DNA of 64,000 nt from Gammaproteobacteria bacterium (lineage in GTDB: Bacteria; Pseudomonadota; Gammaproteobacteria; Ga0077536), in contig SHZJ01000020.1 of assembly GCA_009692365.1 (NCBI GenBank), positions 561 through 64,560 of the forward strand. The letters are read 5' to 3'. Shown here piece by piece: positions 37,772 to 49,111 of this stretch. The notes beneath the pieces are model-generated. The model was not told the origin of the DNA. It saw only the letters and a program-made list of their open reading frames with translations, and did no database searches. The position numbers were made by a program, and so were the translations under genes. The stretch's first letter is position 1, and the number at the start of each line of letters is the position of its first letter.

Positions 37772-38108
37772 GTCAATCCTCCCCTGTTTGAGGGTCTTCA
37801 AAAAGTTAACCGCCGCAGTAAAGCAAGCGGCTCAACCGGTTGTCAAGCCAAGTTCCTTAGCGCGCGCGTCGAAAAATGGGCGGGCTGTCGCCGCTTAGGT
37901 TTGGCCTCATCTTAAACCTTGCCAAACCCCTTAAAATGGTCGCTGCGGGTCTTGCATTGCGCCCTTGGGTCGCTGGAAAATACACCGCCGAGCGAACCCG
38001 TGAGCGGCCTGCTGGCCGCCCCTGACCGGTCGGGCGCGCCGCCACCGCCGGCACCATGGCGCCCCCCCGGCGCGCGCACCCACGCCAGGAAACACCGGAG
38101 ATCAACCC

Positions 38109-38537
38109 ATGTCGTTCCTAGCCGATGAGGCATTGCAGAGGCGCTTTGTGAAGGCGCTGAACGCCAACGCAGACTTTCGCACCCAAACCCAATTGTTCGA
38201 CGGCTCGGTGCTCCTAGAAGTGGACGCCGACCGCCTGTGGTTAAAGGTCTACCGCGGCAAAGTCATCGACCAAGCGACCGCCGTACCGGCGTTCGGCTAC
38301 ACCTTCAAATTTTCCGGTCCTGAAGCGGCGTGGCAGCAACTGCTGTCCGGCCAACGCCGTTGGGCCGATCTCACCTTTCCGGGCAAGCGCAACTTCGCCG
38401 ATGACCCGCAGCTTAAGCGGGTAGGGGAGATGGCAGTCGCTATCCGGACCGAGGGCAATCTGCTGGAGGCCGGTCGTATGACCGAGGCGATGTTCCAATT
38501 GGCCTACACCCTGCAAGCTGCCGCGGCGCAGCGCTGA
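38109..38537 (+). CDS. small SCP2-like protein, tentative (paralog B)
   Basis: 142 aa with the same layout as 37394-37771 (RGKVIDQ...FSGPEAAWQQLL...IRTEGNLLEAGR), followed by hydrolase paralog B. Confidence 0.5.
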   Translation: MSFLADEALQRRFVKALNANADFRTQTQLFDGSVLLEVDADRLWLKVYRGKVIDQATAVPAFGYTFKFSGPEAAWQQLLSGQRRWADLTFPGKRNFADDPQLKRVGEMAVAIRTEGNLLEAGRMTEAMFQLAYTLQAAAAQR

Positions 38538-38562
38538 GCACGAACCTTTAGGAGTAAAGACA

Positions 38563-39375
38563 ATGGCAACCCCCGAAGACATTCGTGGTCACTACGTGAA
38601 AGTGAAGGGCACCAGAACCTTCTACGACGAACTGGGCGCAGGTCAGCCGATCGTCTGCGTGCACACGGCCGGCGCCTCGTCGCTGGAATACCAATACCTT
38701 TTGCCGCTGCTCGCCGACCGCGGGTTCCACGCTTATGCGTTGGACCTGCCCGGCCACTCGCGTTCCTATCCGGTCAAGTGGCGGCAGCATCGCAGCATCC
38801 ACGAACACGCCGAGTTTGTGCATGCGTTTATCAAAGCTCTAAAACTCCAGCACCCGGTGGTCATCGGTTGCTCCATCGGGGGCGACATCACGCTCGACTA
38901 CGCGGCCCATCACTGGCAAGAAATGGCGGCTGGCGTCCCCATGGAAGGTCTGGCGCGCTCACCAACTTTTCCGCTCCCGGCGGGCTTGATCCATCCGGCG
39001 TGGGCGCCGGGTTGGCAAGACATGATGGAACGGGCGGCGGTGGAATCGCTCAACCCACAATGCCCCCCCGACAAAATTGAGGAACTGCGCTGGCAGCATC
39101 GCAACGCCCAAGTGAGCGCCGTCGGCGATTTGGAAGGCTGGGCGCAGCACGATGTACGCGCGCTGCTCCCTGCGGTGCAGTGCCCCATGCTGGTGGTCCG
39201 GGGCGAGGACGATTTTTGGGTGCCTAAAGAACTGGCGGAGGAAACCGCGCGCCTGCTGCCGAAGGGCCAGGTGGTGCATCTTAAGAACATCGGGCACTAC
39301 CCCATGTTCGAAGATCCCCTGCTGACGGCTGATCTAGTCACAAAGTTCTGTCGCAAAAACGGCGTTTTAAAATAA
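38563..39375 (+). CDS. alpha/beta-fold hydrolase (paralog B)
   Basis: 270 aa, GGAG RBS. Motifs CVHTAG, LDLPGHSRS, GCSIGG and a C-terminal GHYPMFEDP. Confidence 0.85.
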   Translation: MATPEDIRGHYVKVKGTRTFYDELGAGQPIVCVHTAGASSLEYQYLLPLLADRGFHAYALDLPGHSRSYPVKWRQHRSIHEHAEFVHAFIKALKLQHPVVIGCSIGGDITLDYAAHHWQEMAAGVPMEGLARSPTFPLPAGLIHPAWAPGWQDMMERAAVESLNPQCPPDKIEELRWQHRNAQVSAVGDLEGWAQHDVRALLPAVQCPMLVVRGEDDFWVPKELAEETARLLPKGQVVHLKNIGHYPMFEDPLLTADLVTKFCRKNGVLK

Positions 39376-39420
39376 TCAATGCCCTAGGGCGGCGCGGGCT
39401 CGCCCCAGAGTGGCTTGGCG

Positions 39421-39741
39421 CTAGCCTTTGGCCAGTTCAGTGAGTTGTTTGGACCAATTTTCATAGGAGCGCAAAGGGGTCCAATTCATTTCGGGCACGA
39501 TGTGCGCGTAGCCCAGTGTCCAAATCGGCAGGCTGTGGATGATGGCGTCCAGCTCATCGCCGCTATTAACCTCCATGACCGCAATGACCTCGTACTTGCC
39601 GGCCACTTTCCAGATATTTTTGATCGCACCGGCGTGGAGCGCCTCGATCGCCGCCACCGATTCCTTGCGCCAGACCTCGAAAAACTCAGTATTGCTGGTT
39701 GATTCTGGTTTTGCGATTTTTACCCACATCATGATTTCCAT
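39421..39741 (-). CDS. muconolactone delta-isomerase-like (dimeric alpha/beta-barrel) protein
   Basis: About 106 aa from MEIMMWVKIAKPE, with GGGAGA 6 nt upstream; the track ORF extends to 39927. Length and the pattern ...EVWRKESVAAIEALHAGAIKNIWKVAG...VMEV.S.DELD.II.SLP resemble the MIase family. Confidence 0.55.
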   Translation of the reverse strand: MEIMMWVKIAKPESTSNTEFFEVWRKESVAAIEALHAGAIKNIWKVAGKYEVIAVMEVNSGDELDAIIHSLPIWTLGYAHIVPEMNWTPLRSYENWSKQLTELAKG

Positions 39742-40005
39742 AGAGTTCTCCCAACGCCTAATTGTTGCCATAGTTAAGGCACGCCGCACCGCGCCGCGTG
39801 CCAGCCTAGCGTAGCGGTGCGCGGGTCGGGAGGGAATCCCGGGCGCTGTTTTTCGGCCGCGCGGGTAAGCATACAATTCACGGCGGGGGTACGTTCGCCA
39901 CGGCGTGGCGAGGCCCGCTGCTAGCACAGCCCTTGCGCGGACGGCGCGCCGAGCCCACCCGCCGGCGGATAGGCGGCGACCTTAAACGAACAGGAAAGCA
40001 ACGCA

Positions 40006-41139
40006 ATGACGACACCCACCGACTCGGCAATCCACCCCGACGAGCTGCGCCAGTGGCGGCAAGACCATGTGCCGGTCTATAACCGCAATCGGCTAAAGCT
40101 CGGCATTTTCGGGATGAACTGCAGCAACGGCTGCACCATTACCCACGCGGCCACGACGTTCGAACCCACCTACGAACACAACGTCAAAATTGCCCGACTG
40201 GCCGATGAGCTGGGCTTCGAAATGCTGGTGCCGGTGGGTCGCTGGCGCCATTTTGGCGGTACCACGCAGTTCAACGGCGTCAATTTGGAGGTGTTCACCT
40301 GGGCCACCGCAATGGCGTGCAACACCCAGCAAATCATGACTTTCGCGACCTCCCATGTGCCGGTCGTGCACCCGCTGTTCGCCGCGAAGCAGGCCGCCAC
40401 CATCGATCAAATAGCCGAAGGACGCTTCGGCCTAAACATCGTATGCGGCTGGTTTCGACCCGAAATCGAGATGTTTGGCATCGAGCAACTGCCCCACGAG
40501 GAGCGTTACGGGATGGCGCAAGAATGGCTGGATGTGATCCAGCTGGCTTGGCGGGAACAGGATTTTAATCACGCCGGCAAGCACTATCGGGTGAAGAACG
40601 GCTTCTTGGCCCCCAAGCCACGCCACCCACCGGTGCTCATTAACGCCGGCAATTCGGAAGAAGGACGCGAGTTTTCAGCCCGTAACGTCGATTTTAATTT
40701 CATCACCATGGCGACCAAAGAGCAGGCCCAAGGGCTGGTGAGTGATATCCACCGCCGTGCGCAAGGCTATGATCGACACTGTGGCGTGATGAGCTACGGC
40801 TTGATTTGCTGTCGCGACACCGAGGCCGAAGCCCGCGCCCACTACCAACGCATCATCGCTGAGGGCGATTGGGCGGCGGTGCACAACATCATGGATTTGC
40901 TGGGCATGGAGAGCAGTTCTTTTAACGAACAAATCAAAAATTTTGGCGAGCGCTTTATCGCGGGCTGGGGCGGCTACCCTTTGGTAGGGACGCCCGAACA
41001 GGTAGTGGCCATGATGGTCGAGCTACGCGACCTGGGCATCGAGGGCTTTATTCTGTCGTGGCTCGATTACTACGAAGAGCTTAAATACTTCGGCGAACGG
41101 GTATTGCCGCTGATGAAGCAGGCAGGCCTGCGAGTTTAA
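40006..41139 (+). CDS. LLM-class flavin-dependent monooxygenase (RutA/SfnG/DmoA-like branch)
   Basis: 377 aa. LKLGIFGMNCSNG, GRFGLNIVCGWFRPEIEMFG and NVDFNF resemble the RutA-type luciferase-like group. Confidence 0.85.
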   Translation: MTTPTDSAIHPDELRQWRQDHVPVYNRNRLKLGIFGMNCSNGCTITHAATTFEPTYEHNVKIARLADELGFEMLVPVGRWRHFGGTTQFNGVNLEVFTWATAMACNTQQIMTFATSHVPVVHPLFAAKQAATIDQIAEGRFGLNIVCGWFRPEIEMFGIEQLPHEERYGMAQEWLDVIQLAWREQDFNHAGKHYRVKNGFLAPKPRHPPVLINAGNSEEGREFSARNVDFNFITMATKEQAQGLVSDIHRRAQGYDRHCGVMSYGLICCRDTEAEARAHYQRIIAEGDWAAVHNIMDLLGMESSSFNEQIKNFGERFIAGWGGYPLVGTPEQVVAMMVELRDLGIEGFILSWLDYYEELKYFGERVLPLMKQAGLRV

Positions 41140-41190
41140 ATTTCGAGGTCCGCGCGGCACGCGGCAGGTTCAACAACGGGAGTTTCACGC

Positions 41191-41955
41191 ATGGGCAGAT
41201 TGCAAGATAAAGTCGTCATCATCACCGGGGCCTTGGGCGGACAAGGGCAGGTCGCGGTACGCCGTTTTGTGGAGGAGGGCGCCCGCATACTCGCCTCGGA
41301 TCTCGCCCCGCGGGCCAACGGTGAGGTGGCAGCACTCGCCAAGGCCCAGCCCACCGTGGTGGCCTATGCGGGCGGTGATCTCCGCGATGCCACCGTGATC
41401 GAAAAAATTGTGCGCACCGCAGTCAAGCGTTTTGGCCGCATCGACGTGCTCTACAATAATCACGGGATCATGGTAGGTAAGCCGTTTCTCGACACCACGG
41501 CCGAGGAACTGGACGAACTGCTGGCGGTAAATTTGCGCGCACCGTTCCTGTTGAGTCAGGCGGCCGCGCGCGTCATGGCAAAGCAGGGCGGCGGCAGCAT
41601 CATTCACAATTCTTCGGTTGGCGGCATAGTGGGCTTCCCCACGATGGCGGCCTACGGTGCCTCCAAGGGCGGCCTGGCGCAGCTGGCACGCTCGATGGCC
41701 ACCGATCTGGTGGGCTATGGCATTCGGGTTAACGCTATTTGTCCGGGCGTGGTCGATACCGCCATGCCGCGGCGCTACGTGAAGGACCTCGAGGACAAAG
41801 AGGGCGCTTTCAAGCAAATGGCGGCCATGCATCTGATGAACCGGCTGGCGGAGCCCATTGAAATTGTCAACGTTGCGCTGTTTTTGGCCTCTGACGAGGC
41901 TTCTTATATGACCGGCGCAGTGATTCCAGTCGACGGCGGCTTGACCGCCATCTAA
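41191..41955 (+). CDS. SDR family oxidoreductase
   Basis: ITGALGGQG cofactor motif, NNHG, and catalytic YGASKGG. Confidence 0.92.
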   Translation: MGRLQDKVVIITGALGGQGQVAVRRFVEEGARILASDLAPRANGEVAALAKAQPTVVAYAGGDLRDATVIEKIVRTAVKRFGRIDVLYNNHGIMVGKPFLDTTAEELDELLAVNLRAPFLLSQAAARVMAKQGGGSIIHNSSVGGIVGFPTMAAYGASKGGLAQLARSMATDLVGYGIRVNAICPGVVDTAMPRRYVKDLEDKEGAFKQMAAMHLMNRLAEPIEIVNVALFLASDEASYMTGAVIPVDGGLTAI

Positions 41956-41967
41956 AGCCAGCGGCGG

Positions 41968-41990
41968 GCGCGGCGTGAGGAACGCCGCGC
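41968..41990. terminator. GC hairpin between convergent SDR and ALDH genes
   Basis: GCGCGGCG-TGAGGAA-CGCCGCGC, a perfect 8-bp stem with a 7-nt loop, 13 nt after the SDR stop. No T-tract. Confidence 0.35.
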
Positions 41991-42003
41991 TGCGCCAAAG
42001 CGC

Positions 42004-43422
42004 CTATAACTGCAGCGACTTCACCTCCAGAAATTCCTCAAGCCCAAATTTGCCAGCCTCGCGGCCCAGCCCAGACTGCTTATAGCCACCGAACGGTGCG
42101 AGCGGGTTGTAGCGCCCGCCGTTGACCGAAATCTGCCCGGTGCGAATTTTTTTCGCGACCTCGATCCCGTGCTCTTTGGTGCCGGCCCAAACGTTGCCGC
42201 CCAAACCATAAATCGTGTCGTTGGCGATGCGCACCGCATCGGCTTCGTCCTTGAAGGGGATTATGGCCAGCACCGGCCCGAAGATTTCTTCGCGCGCGAT
42301 GGTCATGTCGTTGTGCACATCCGCGAACACCGTGGGTTGCACGTAAAAACCTTTGTCCAAACCCGCCGGCGCGTCGGCACCACCGGTAACCAAGCGCGCA
42401 CCTTCCGCCACGCCCTGATGGATCAACTTTCTAATGCGGTCGCGCTGGATGGCTGAAATAACCGGCCCTAGCTTCACGTCGCCGGCAATGGGGTCGCCGA
42501 TGGTGAAGGTTTCGGCGGCCTTTTTGGCCAGCGCCACCGCCTCCTCGTAGCGTGATTCCGGCACGAGCATGCGCGAGGGCGCAATACAGGCCTGTCCAGA
42601 ATTGAGATAGCACTCGTTCACGCCCGCCTTGACGGCTTTTTCCAGGTCGGCGTCTTCCAGAATGACGTGCGGCGACTTGCCGCCGAGTTCTAGCGCTACC
42701 CGCTTGATGGTCTGCGCGGCGATTTCTGCCACGCGCCGCCCCGCGCGGGTGGAACCGGTGAAAGACACCATGTCTACTTCCGGATGTCCCGCCAGTACTT
42801 CGCCGACCACCGGGCCATAGCCGGTGACCAGATTGAACACCCCAGGGGGCAGCCCACAGGCGTGGATCACTTCCGCCAAAATGAACGCCGTGCTGGGCGC
42901 GACTTCACTGGGTTTGAGCACGATGGTGCAGCCGGCGGCGAGGGCCGGGGCTACTTTGAGCATGATTTGGTTGATCGGGAAATTCCACGGGGTGATGGCC
43001 GCCACTACGCCAATGGCTTCGCGCACGACCAAGGACGTGCCCACTTGCTCTTCGAAGGCGTAGGTTTTTAATATCTCGGCGTAGGTTTTCGCCGCTCCAA
43101 TCGGCAGGCTGGCTTGAATGGCGTTCGCCATTTTTAACGGCATGCCGACTTCGGTGGCGATCGCCAAAGCGACATCGCTGCGGCGGGCTTCCAGCCCGGC
43201 GGCAATTTGCTCCAAATACGCGGCGCGCTCGGCGACGGGGGTTTGTGACCACTGCGCGAAGGCGGCACGGGCGGCGGCGACGCCGCGCTCCGCGTCTTCC
43301 TTTACGCCCTCGGGGATGCGGGTGGCAATTTCTTCCGTGGACGCGCAGGTGGCATCGATGGTACCGCGGCCCATGGGTTCAACCCACGCGCCATCAATGT
43401 AAAACTTGTCGTAAATTTTCAT
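42004..43422 (-). CDS. NAD(P)-dependent aldehyde dehydrogenase (second copy)
   Basis: 472 aa with ELGGKSP and GQACIAPSR. Confidence 0.93.
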   Translation of the reverse strand: MKIYDKFYIDGAWVEPMGRGTIDATCASTEEIATRIPEGVKEDAERGVAAARAAFAQWSQTPVAERAAYLEQIAAGLEARRSDVALAIATEVGMPLKMANAIQASLPIGAAKTYAEILKTYAFEEQVGTSLVVREAIGVVAAITPWNFPINQIMLKVAPALAAGCTIVLKPSEVAPSTAFILAEVIHACGLPPGVFNLVTGYGPVVGEVLAGHPEVDMVSFTGSTRAGRRVAEIAAQTIKRVALELGGKSPHVILEDADLEKAVKAGVNECYLNSGQACIAPSRMLVPESRYEEAVALAKKAAETFTIGDPIAGDVKLGPVISAIQRDRIRKLIHQGVAEGARLVTGGADAPAGLDKGFYVQPTVFADVHNDMTIAREEIFGPVLAIIPFKDEADAVRIANDTIYGLGGNVWAGTKEHGIEVAKKIRTGQISVNGGRYNPLAPFGGYKQSGLGREAGKFGLEEFLEVKSLQL

Positions 43423-43859
43423 ACATAACTCCAGATCTGCCTTGGCGAAGGAGCTGGGCGCAACAGGCGCACGGCTGGGACTCGGGATTCTATGCGCTAC
43501 CGGCGCAATCGAAAACGCATTACGCTCATCGCCTCCAACGCAGGGAGGGCTGCTGCCAATGTTACCTGGGGTGCTGATTTCGCGGGCGGCGCGCGGCGCT
43601 GGCAGCCCGCGCGGGCGCGCGCTGCCAGCGTCTGGGCCGCGCCGGCTTTGGCGCGGCCGCCCTCACCGGCACCGCCGGTGGGCTGGGGTATGACGGCGCA
43701 GCCCGCTCGCAGCGCAGCAGTCCGGCGCGGCCGCGGCAACACGGGCGCCAGCCCACCCGGTGCCAGCCCACCCGGCGCTCACCGCGCGCGCAGAGGGCCA
43801 GCGCTGCCCGCCGGTCGTGGCGACCCACCCCCCGGCCCACCGGCCCTGGGGGGCGCGGT

Positions 43860-44999
43860 TTGAGGATCACCCACCTCGAGGCGTACGCACTGTCTTGCCC
43901 GGTGCCGCCGGCGGCGCAGGTGAGCCTAGGCATCGGGCGCACGCTCAAACGCGATGCGGTACTGCTGAAGCTCACCACCGAATCTGGCCTGATAGGCTGG
44001 GGCGAAGCCCATGCCGGACGCGCACCCAGCGTCATTGCCGAACTCGTCACGGCCACGCTGGCACCGTTGGTGGTGGGTGAATCCGCGCGCGATATCGACG
44101 GCCTGTGGGCGCGAATTTACCGCTTGCAACTCGCCAGCCATGGTACCGGTGCCGCCGCGGCGATGGCGCTGTCGGGGCTGGATATGGCCCTGTGGGACCT
44201 GCGCGGCAAGGCCGCCGGCAAACCCCTTTACGAAGTTCTCGGTGGCACGCGGCGCGCCCTGCGCGCTTATGCCGGGGGGATCTCCTTTGGCTACGGTCCT
44301 ACGGGTCAGTTAGTGGAGGAAGCCTTGGGGGCACAGGCTGCTGGCTACCGCGCGCTGAAGCTGCGCTTGGGGCTGGCGGCGCACGACGACGTAGCCCGGG
44401 TGCAGGCGGTACGCCGCGCGCTGGGGCCAGCGGTTGACCTGTTAACCGATGCCAACTGCGCCTACAGTCTGGCCGACGCGTGCTATGTCCGGGCCGCACT
44501 GGATGAGCTTGCGGTGGGTTGGTTGGAGGAGCCTTTTTCGGCCCACGACTTTCACGCCTACCGGGCGCTAGCGCCCCACGGCCGCACCCCGCTGGCGGCG
44601 GGGGAGAATCATTTTCTGGTCGCCGCGTTCGAGCGCCTGGCAGACGACGGCGTCGTGCGCGTCTGGCAGCCCGACCTCTCCAAGTGTGGCGGTATCAGTG
44701 AGGCCTTGCGGATCGCCGCCGTCGCACACGCCCACGGCATCCAGCTCCACCTCCATACCGCGGTCACCGGGCTCAACGTGGCCGCGTCGCTGCATTTTCT
44801 CAGCGCCTTGGGCGACCCGGGTTATTTTGAAGCCGATTACTCGCAGGACAATCGGCTGCGCACCCAGTTGTGCGCGCCGCTGCTAGAGGTGAACGAGAAC
44901 GGCGATTTTCTGCCCCCCAGCGAGCCGGGCCTAGGCGTCGCCATCGACGAAGCCCAGCTCGCGACCTACCCCGTGCTGCGCGGCGTGGGTTATCGCTAA
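43860..44999 (+). CDS. enolase-superfamily enzyme (mandelate racemase/muconate lactonizing family)
   Basis: 379 aa, TTG start. Metal-ligand regions LLTDAN, WLEEP and AAGEN plus SGLDMALWDLRGK. Confidence 0.85.
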   Translation: MRITHLEAYALSCPVPPAAQVSLGIGRTLKRDAVLLKLTTESGLIGWGEAHAGRAPSVIAELVTATLAPLVVGESARDIDGLWARIYRLQLASHGTGAAAAMALSGLDMALWDLRGKAAGKPLYEVLGGTRRALRAYAGGISFGYGPTGQLVEEALGAQAAGYRALKLRLGLAAHDDVARVQAVRRALGPAVDLLTDANCAYSLADACYVRAALDELAVGWLEEPFSAHDFHAYRALAPHGRTPLAAGENHFLVAAFERLADDGVVRVWQPDLSKCGGISEALRIAAVAHAHGIQLHLHTAVTGLNVAASLHFLSALGDPGYFEADYSQDNRLRTQLCAPLLEVNENGDFLPPSEPGLGVAIDEAQLATYPVLRGVGYR

Positions 45000-45053
45000 T
45001 CCGCACCGCCGCCGCCGGCAAACAGCGTGCTTGCACACACAAGGCCTAAACCG

Positions 45054-46348
45054 ATGAGTGAACCGTTAGACCGCGCCCCGGCGCTCGATGAAGACCTGCT
45101 CTACGCCAAGATCACCCGGCGCATCATCCCGTTTTTGTTTCTGTGCTACGTCGCAGCCTACCTAGACCGGGTCAATGTCGGCTTCGCCAAACTGACGATG
45201 GCGGCCGATTTACACTTTAGCGAGACCGTTTATGGGCTGGGCGCCGGGGTGTTTTTTCTCGGCTATTTTTTCTTTGAGATCCCCAGCAATCTGCTAATGC
45301 ACCGGATCGGCGCCCGCGCCACGCTGGCGAGAATTATGCTCGCCTGGGGCGTGGTGTCGGCCGCCACGCTGCTGGTCAGCACGCCGGGGCAGTTCTACGC
45401 CATGCGTTTTTTGTTAGGGGTCGCCGAAGCAGGATTCTTCCCTGGGGTGGTGCTGTATCTGACCTACTGGTACCCGGCGGCGCGGCGGGGGCGAGCGCAG
45501 GCCCTGTTCGTTACTGCGGTCGCCATCGCCGGGGTGTTGGGCAACCCCCTGTCGGGCTGGATTATGCTGACGACGCAGGGGCTTTATGGGCTACAGGGCT
45601 GGCAGTGGTTGCTCCTCCTGGAGGGTATTCCCTCGGTGTTTCTCGGCTGCTTCGCGCTCTACTGGCTAGAGGACCGGGTGGCCGAGGCGCGGTGGTTAAG
45701 CGCCGCGGAGCGGGCGCACGTGGCGGCCAATATCGCGCGCGACAACGAGCACAAAACCGAGATCTCGCTCAGCGCGGGACTGCGCGATGCGCGGGTGTGG
45801 CTGCTGGCGCTGATTTATTTTTGCCTGGCGGCCGGTTTATACGGCATCAATTTCTGGCTGCCCACGCTGGTGCGCGGCTTCGGGGTTAGCGACCTGCGCA
45901 GTATTGGCCTCGTCAGCGCGCTGCCCTGGGCCGCTGCCCTGGGCTGCATGGTGCTCGTGAGCCGCAGCTCCGATCTGCGGCGCGAGCGGCGTTATCACAT
46001 TGCGGTACCGGCGCTGGTGGGTGCTGCCGGCTTGGCGCTGTCGGTCCCGTTGGCCGGCCAGCCGGTGTTAGCCGTAGCCGCGTTGGCGGTCGGCACGGCA
46101 GGCGTGATGTCGGCGTTGCCCCTATGCTGGAGTCTTGCCACGACTTTCCTCGGTGGCGCGGCCGCGGCCGTGGGCATCGCGGTCATCAATTCTTTTGGTA
46201 ATCTTTCGGGCTTTGTCAGCCCTTATTTGGTGGGCTTTATCCGGGATGCTACCGGCAGCACGGATGCGGGGGTCTACCTGCTGGCCGGTTTTATGACCGC
46301 CGGGGCGCTGTTGGTGCTCCTGCGGGTGCCCGCCAACTTAGTCGCGCG

Positions 46349-46352
<4 letters not shown>
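45054..46352 (+). CDS. MFS transporter (anion:cation symporter-like, organic acid type)
   Basis: About 432 aa from MSEPLD. 12-TM pattern with YLDRVNVGFA and the GVVLYLTYWYP motif typical of the ACS family. Confidence 0.86.
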
Positions 46353-47238
<886 letters not shown>

Positions 47239-47242
<4 letters not shown>

Positions 47243-48954
47243 AAGGAAACTCCTTTGGAGGGTACGCCACGGCGGCGCAAGACATACCACAGCGGCCCCA
47301 CCAGCGCCGCCAACAGCGCATTGCCGCCAAGCACGATCAGGAGCGTCCGCAGGGTGCTCACGCCGGCCGCGCTCGGTGGTGCGGCGTTTGGGGTGGCATT
47401 GACCACCGGCGGTGGGGCCACGACCGCGACCCGCAGAGGCCCGAGTTGCAAGCGCAGCGAGCGCCCGGTGCGGGTGGTGAGTAAGGCCGTCACCTCTGCT
47501 TGATAATCCCCGCCCACGGGTGCCTTCAACAAGACCGTGGCGGTGGCCCCGCTGGGGGCGGTGAGCGTGCCAACATCGCGCAACCCGGTGGGTCCCGCCA
47601 AGACCACATAGCCACCGAGGCTGGCCGGATCGACCAATTCCGGGTCCAGTGCCAGCGTCACCCGCACCCCAGCACCCGTGCTCGCGCCCGGGGCCAGCGC
47701 GGCGATGGTCGCGATTAAGGGTTCGCCGTGGATCTGCAGACGACGGCGCTTCTCGCGCTCGAACGTGGCACTTTGGACGCGCATGACGACATCGTAAATG
47801 TCGGGTTTAAGCATTGCGCCGCCCGCCCCAGAGAAGGTGTGGTTGGCGGGCTCCAGCGCCAGTGCGACGACCTCGCCCTCGCCCTTGCCGTTAGTAAAGT
47901 CGGCGTCGGCCGTTACCAGTTGCAGAAACTCCTCCCGCACGATGGGCTGGCCGTGCTCCGCCAGTTGCAACCGAATCGTCAGCGTCTCGCCGGCCATCAG
48001 GTTAGCTGATAGGTCGTTCACTACCAGCGAGAGGTCGGTCACCACCAAGGCGCGATTGTCGGGATCGGTCGCGCCATTGAAAGACCACACGCCGGGCGTG
48101 GGGTTCTCGATGGTCACGAGGTCGTAACTGTTTTCTGACTGCCAGTGGACGTTCGCTGGGGCGCTGCTGGACGTGTAGTGGAGGTCCTCTGGGTTCGTGA
48201 ATTCCAGCGCTGGCGCAGCGTCCGACCGAAACACCAACAAAGTGACTTCGCGCACGCTGGCATCCACGGTGAACCGGTTGTCGACCAATGGCAGGGTGTC
48301 TGGCGCGGCGGCTTGTTCAAAGATGTGCAGAAAGGCGCGCTGTAGCGCCTCAGCGGTGGGCGCATTCTCCCGCCAACCGTCAGTGGCCGTAGCGATTTCC
48401 GCCAGCAAAACGGCGTCAACGTCGCTCGACAGGGCGATGGTATGTACCCGCACCCCTTTGGCTTTCAGTTGCGGCAGTAGTTCCTGTAGCACCCGCGTGC
48501 GCGAATCACGACTGGCCTGCGGATCTTTAGAGACATCTATTTTGCCGTCGGTTAGCAACACGAGATGGCGGTCATGCCCCGCCACACCCAGGGGCCAATC
48601 GCGGCTGGCGGTAGCGAGTGCGGCCTCGATATTCGTGAACAGCCCCTGCGAGTGAATTTTGCTGGCGTTGGCGCGGGCCAGCGCTTTCCACTTTGCGTCT
48701 ACCGTCCCCAGCGGGACCAGCGGGGTGACGCCCTGATCGAATGACCAGACCCCGGCGGAACTGCCCACCGGTAATAGCTCGGCGAGGAGCCTGAGCGCGG
48801 GGATGCGCAGATTGTGCGGGTCGGTAATTTTCATGCTGCCCGATACATCGACCAGCACGCGAATATCGGGCGCGGCAGCCCCGGCCGTGGGGCTAGCGCC
48901 GAGTAGGCTGGCGGCCAGCAGCAGCCCGCCCCACTGATTAAGCCATCGACTCAT
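47239..48954 (-). CDS. exported von Willebrand factor A (VWA) domain protein with C-terminal TM anchor
   Basis: Start MSRWLNQWGGLLLAASLLGASPTAGAAA (signal peptide) at 48954; the track ORF extends to 49119. MIDAS motif DVSGSM, a beta-rich region of about 330 aa, and C-terminal TM LLIVLGGNALLAALVGPLWYVL followed by RRRG. Confidence 0.8.
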
Positions 48955-49111
48955 GATGGGTCCATCCCGAATGATAATAATGACAATAAGGTCTGTCGCT
49001 AGGAGCGGCCGCACGGCCCGGAACCTGAGCGCTCGCGCGGCCCAAGCTTGCGTGCGGAGACGGTTGCCAGCAGGATTCGAACCGGACCGCTCGGCCTGAA
49101 CGGGAGTTAGC

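Noticed and set aside
37974-37989. Sigma54-like spacing (GG-N10-GC, CTGGAAAATACACCGC) in the divergent region between the two SCP2-like/hydrolase modules
   Set aside because: Only the GG/GC dinucleotides match. The flanking consensus (TGGCAC / TTGCW) is absent, and no enhancer-binding protein is encoded in the window.
43492-44056. Overlapping 106-164-aa ORFs on both strands across the ALDH/enolase intergenic region
   Set aside because: The composition (Arg/Pro/Ala/Gly) and mutual overlap indicate GC artefacts, and no motifs are present. The region is treated as non-coding regulatory DNA.
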